Positions 46,170 through 47,482 of a stretch of 47,482 nt of DNA are shown piece after piece (within the stretch, counting starts at the first letter, position 1; every line of letters starts with the position of its first letter). The stretch spans positions 1 to 47,482 of the forward strand of contig MU626410.1 of NCBI GenBank assembly GCA_025603075.1, in the 5' to 3' direction. The notes beneath the pieces were generated by a model. That model searched no databases, had not been told where the DNA came from, and saw nothing but the letters and a program-made list of their open reading frames with translations. A program made the translations under genes and the position numbers. Origin of the DNA: Neoconidiobolus thromboides FSU 785. Taxonomy: Eukaryota > Fungi > Entomophthoromycota.

Positions 46170-47408
46170 TTAATTCTTAAGTTTAGATTTGAGGTCTTCG
46201 ATTTCCTTAACTGAATCCTTGCGGAACTTAGCATATTCAGAAGCCGTTTCAACTAATCTTTTACGGTTCTTATCATTATCTTCCAATAATTTACTATGTT
46301 GTTCGAATAACTGTTTATTCTCAGCTGTTAAAGCTTCCACTTGAGATTGAAGGTCTTCATATTTTTGATTCTCTTGTTTAATCTCTTTGTTTTCTTCTCT
46401 TAATTTATTTACTTCAGTTTCAAGATCTTCAATTTGAAGCTTGTAATTTGAGGCTTGTCCATTCTTTTTAGTCATATCCGCCATCTCTTCTTTTAACTTG
46501 TTATTAGAAAGACGTATACTATCTATTGTAGTCGTAAGTTCATGGATCTTATCAGTGGCACGATCCGAGATCTCTTCCGCTTTAACCTTTTCTTCTTTAA
46601 ACTTTTGTTTTTCTTGTTCAATAGTACTAATGGTTGCCTTTAACTCTTCAATTTCTTTTTGGCATTTTTCAAGTTGAGCTTGTTGTTCGCTTTGTTGTTT
46701 TTTAATACTTTCATTTTCTTCTTTAATACTTCCATTTTCAGTTTCTAGACTTTCTACTTTGGTTCTAAACTCTCCCATACTTTCTTCATGCTTTTCACGT
46801 AATTTAACCATGGTAATTTCATTCTGTGCTTTACCACTTTCAGCTTCTTGTAATTCAAGTTTAAGTTGTTCAATAGTAGCAGAATCAGTGGAAGATTGTT
46901 GACCATCGGTTTCATTTTTCTTACGCTCTTCTTCAAGTTCTTTGATAGCATCAGTTAACTTTTGTTTATATTCTTTAAGTTCTTCATCAACTTTTTGAGT
47001 ATCAATACCATTAACTTGACCTTTTTTGATTTCTTGTTTCAACTGTTTGATTTCCTCTTCTAATTTATTCTTTTCTTCGACAGTGAATTGAATTACTTCT
47101 TTTTGTAAATCTTCATTATTACCGTTTAAAAACTTACTTTCTTCTTCCTTTTTTTTCATTTCTTTTTCATATTTTTCTAAGGTTGCTTTAACTTGCTCAT
47201 ACTCCTTCTCTATCAACTCCTTTCTCTTTAAGTTTTCCTTTAACTTTTTTAACTCTTCTTGGGCTTCTTCAGCTAAAGCTTGACGCTGAATACTTTGGGT
47301 ACTTACACTATTCTTTTTAGCATAAGAGCTACTAGTTAAATAATAAACAAGGGGGGCAGTGATGGCTGAAGCAACAGCAGCAGTGGTGATATATTTTGAA
47401 TTATCCAT
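46170..47408 (-). CDS. Long coiled-coil protein with N-terminal hydrophobic anchor, intronless, 412 aa
   Basis: ITTAAVASAITAPLVYYLT followed by continuous E/K-rich heptads; no family recognised. Confidence 0.8.
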   Translation of the reverse strand: MDNSKYITTAAVASAITAPLVYYLTSSSYAKKNSVSTQSIQRQALAEEAQEELKKLKENLKRKELIEKEYEQVKATLEKYEKEMKKKEEESKFLNGNNEDLQKEVIQFTVEEKNKLEEEIKQLKQEIKKGQVNGIDTQKVDEELKEYKQKLTDAIKELEEERKKNETDGQQSSTDSATIEQLKLELQEAESGKAQNEITMVKLREKHEESMGEFRTKVESLETENGSIKEENESIKKQQSEQQAQLEKCQKEIEELKATISTIEQEKQKFKEEKVKAEEISDRATDKIHELTTTIDSIRLSNNKLKEEMADMTKKNGQASNYKLQIEDLETEVNKLREENKEIKQENQKYEDLQSQVEALTAENKQLFEQHSKLLEDNDKNRKRLVETASEYAKFRKDSVKEIEDLKSKLKN

Positions 47409-47482
47409 CTTTTAACTAAATGAATTAATTCAACCGTTACATGAAATTATTTTAGTTACCTCTTGATATAGATTCTACTCTA

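Overview
Very AT-rich eukaryotic nuclear DNA. Short (~40-60 nt) GT-AG introns and the gene content point to an early-diverging fungus, possibly Entomophthoromycotina (inference only). Conserved genes, mostly multi-exon: MARVEL-like protein, class III eIF4E, CRD1, C2/lipase-3 protein, MZM1, a ~77-aa membrane microprotein missing from the ORF track, bacterial-type EF-P with a likely mitochondrial presequence, DMC1, OPY2-like, ERCC1/RAD10, PPP4R2/PSY4, MTR10, TMX-like thioredoxin, SMD2, NFU1 and KTI12. Interleaved accessory blocks hold an intronless secreted GMC oxidoreductase and a three-member family of tandem C-x17/18-C-x24-HxH (FAR1/WRKY-like) zinc-finger genes, one intact and two pseudogenes. 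They also hold a decayed 23-aa-repeat (BspA-like) gene, nine copies of a ~90-105 bp MITE (one inserted in a zinc-finger pseudogene), a 274-bp long-TIR element with the same termini, and a possible U1 snRNA-like sequence with a variant 5' end. No CRISPR, rRNA, tRNA or autonomous transposase was recognised. All exon boundaries and family assignments were made by eye, without database searches.
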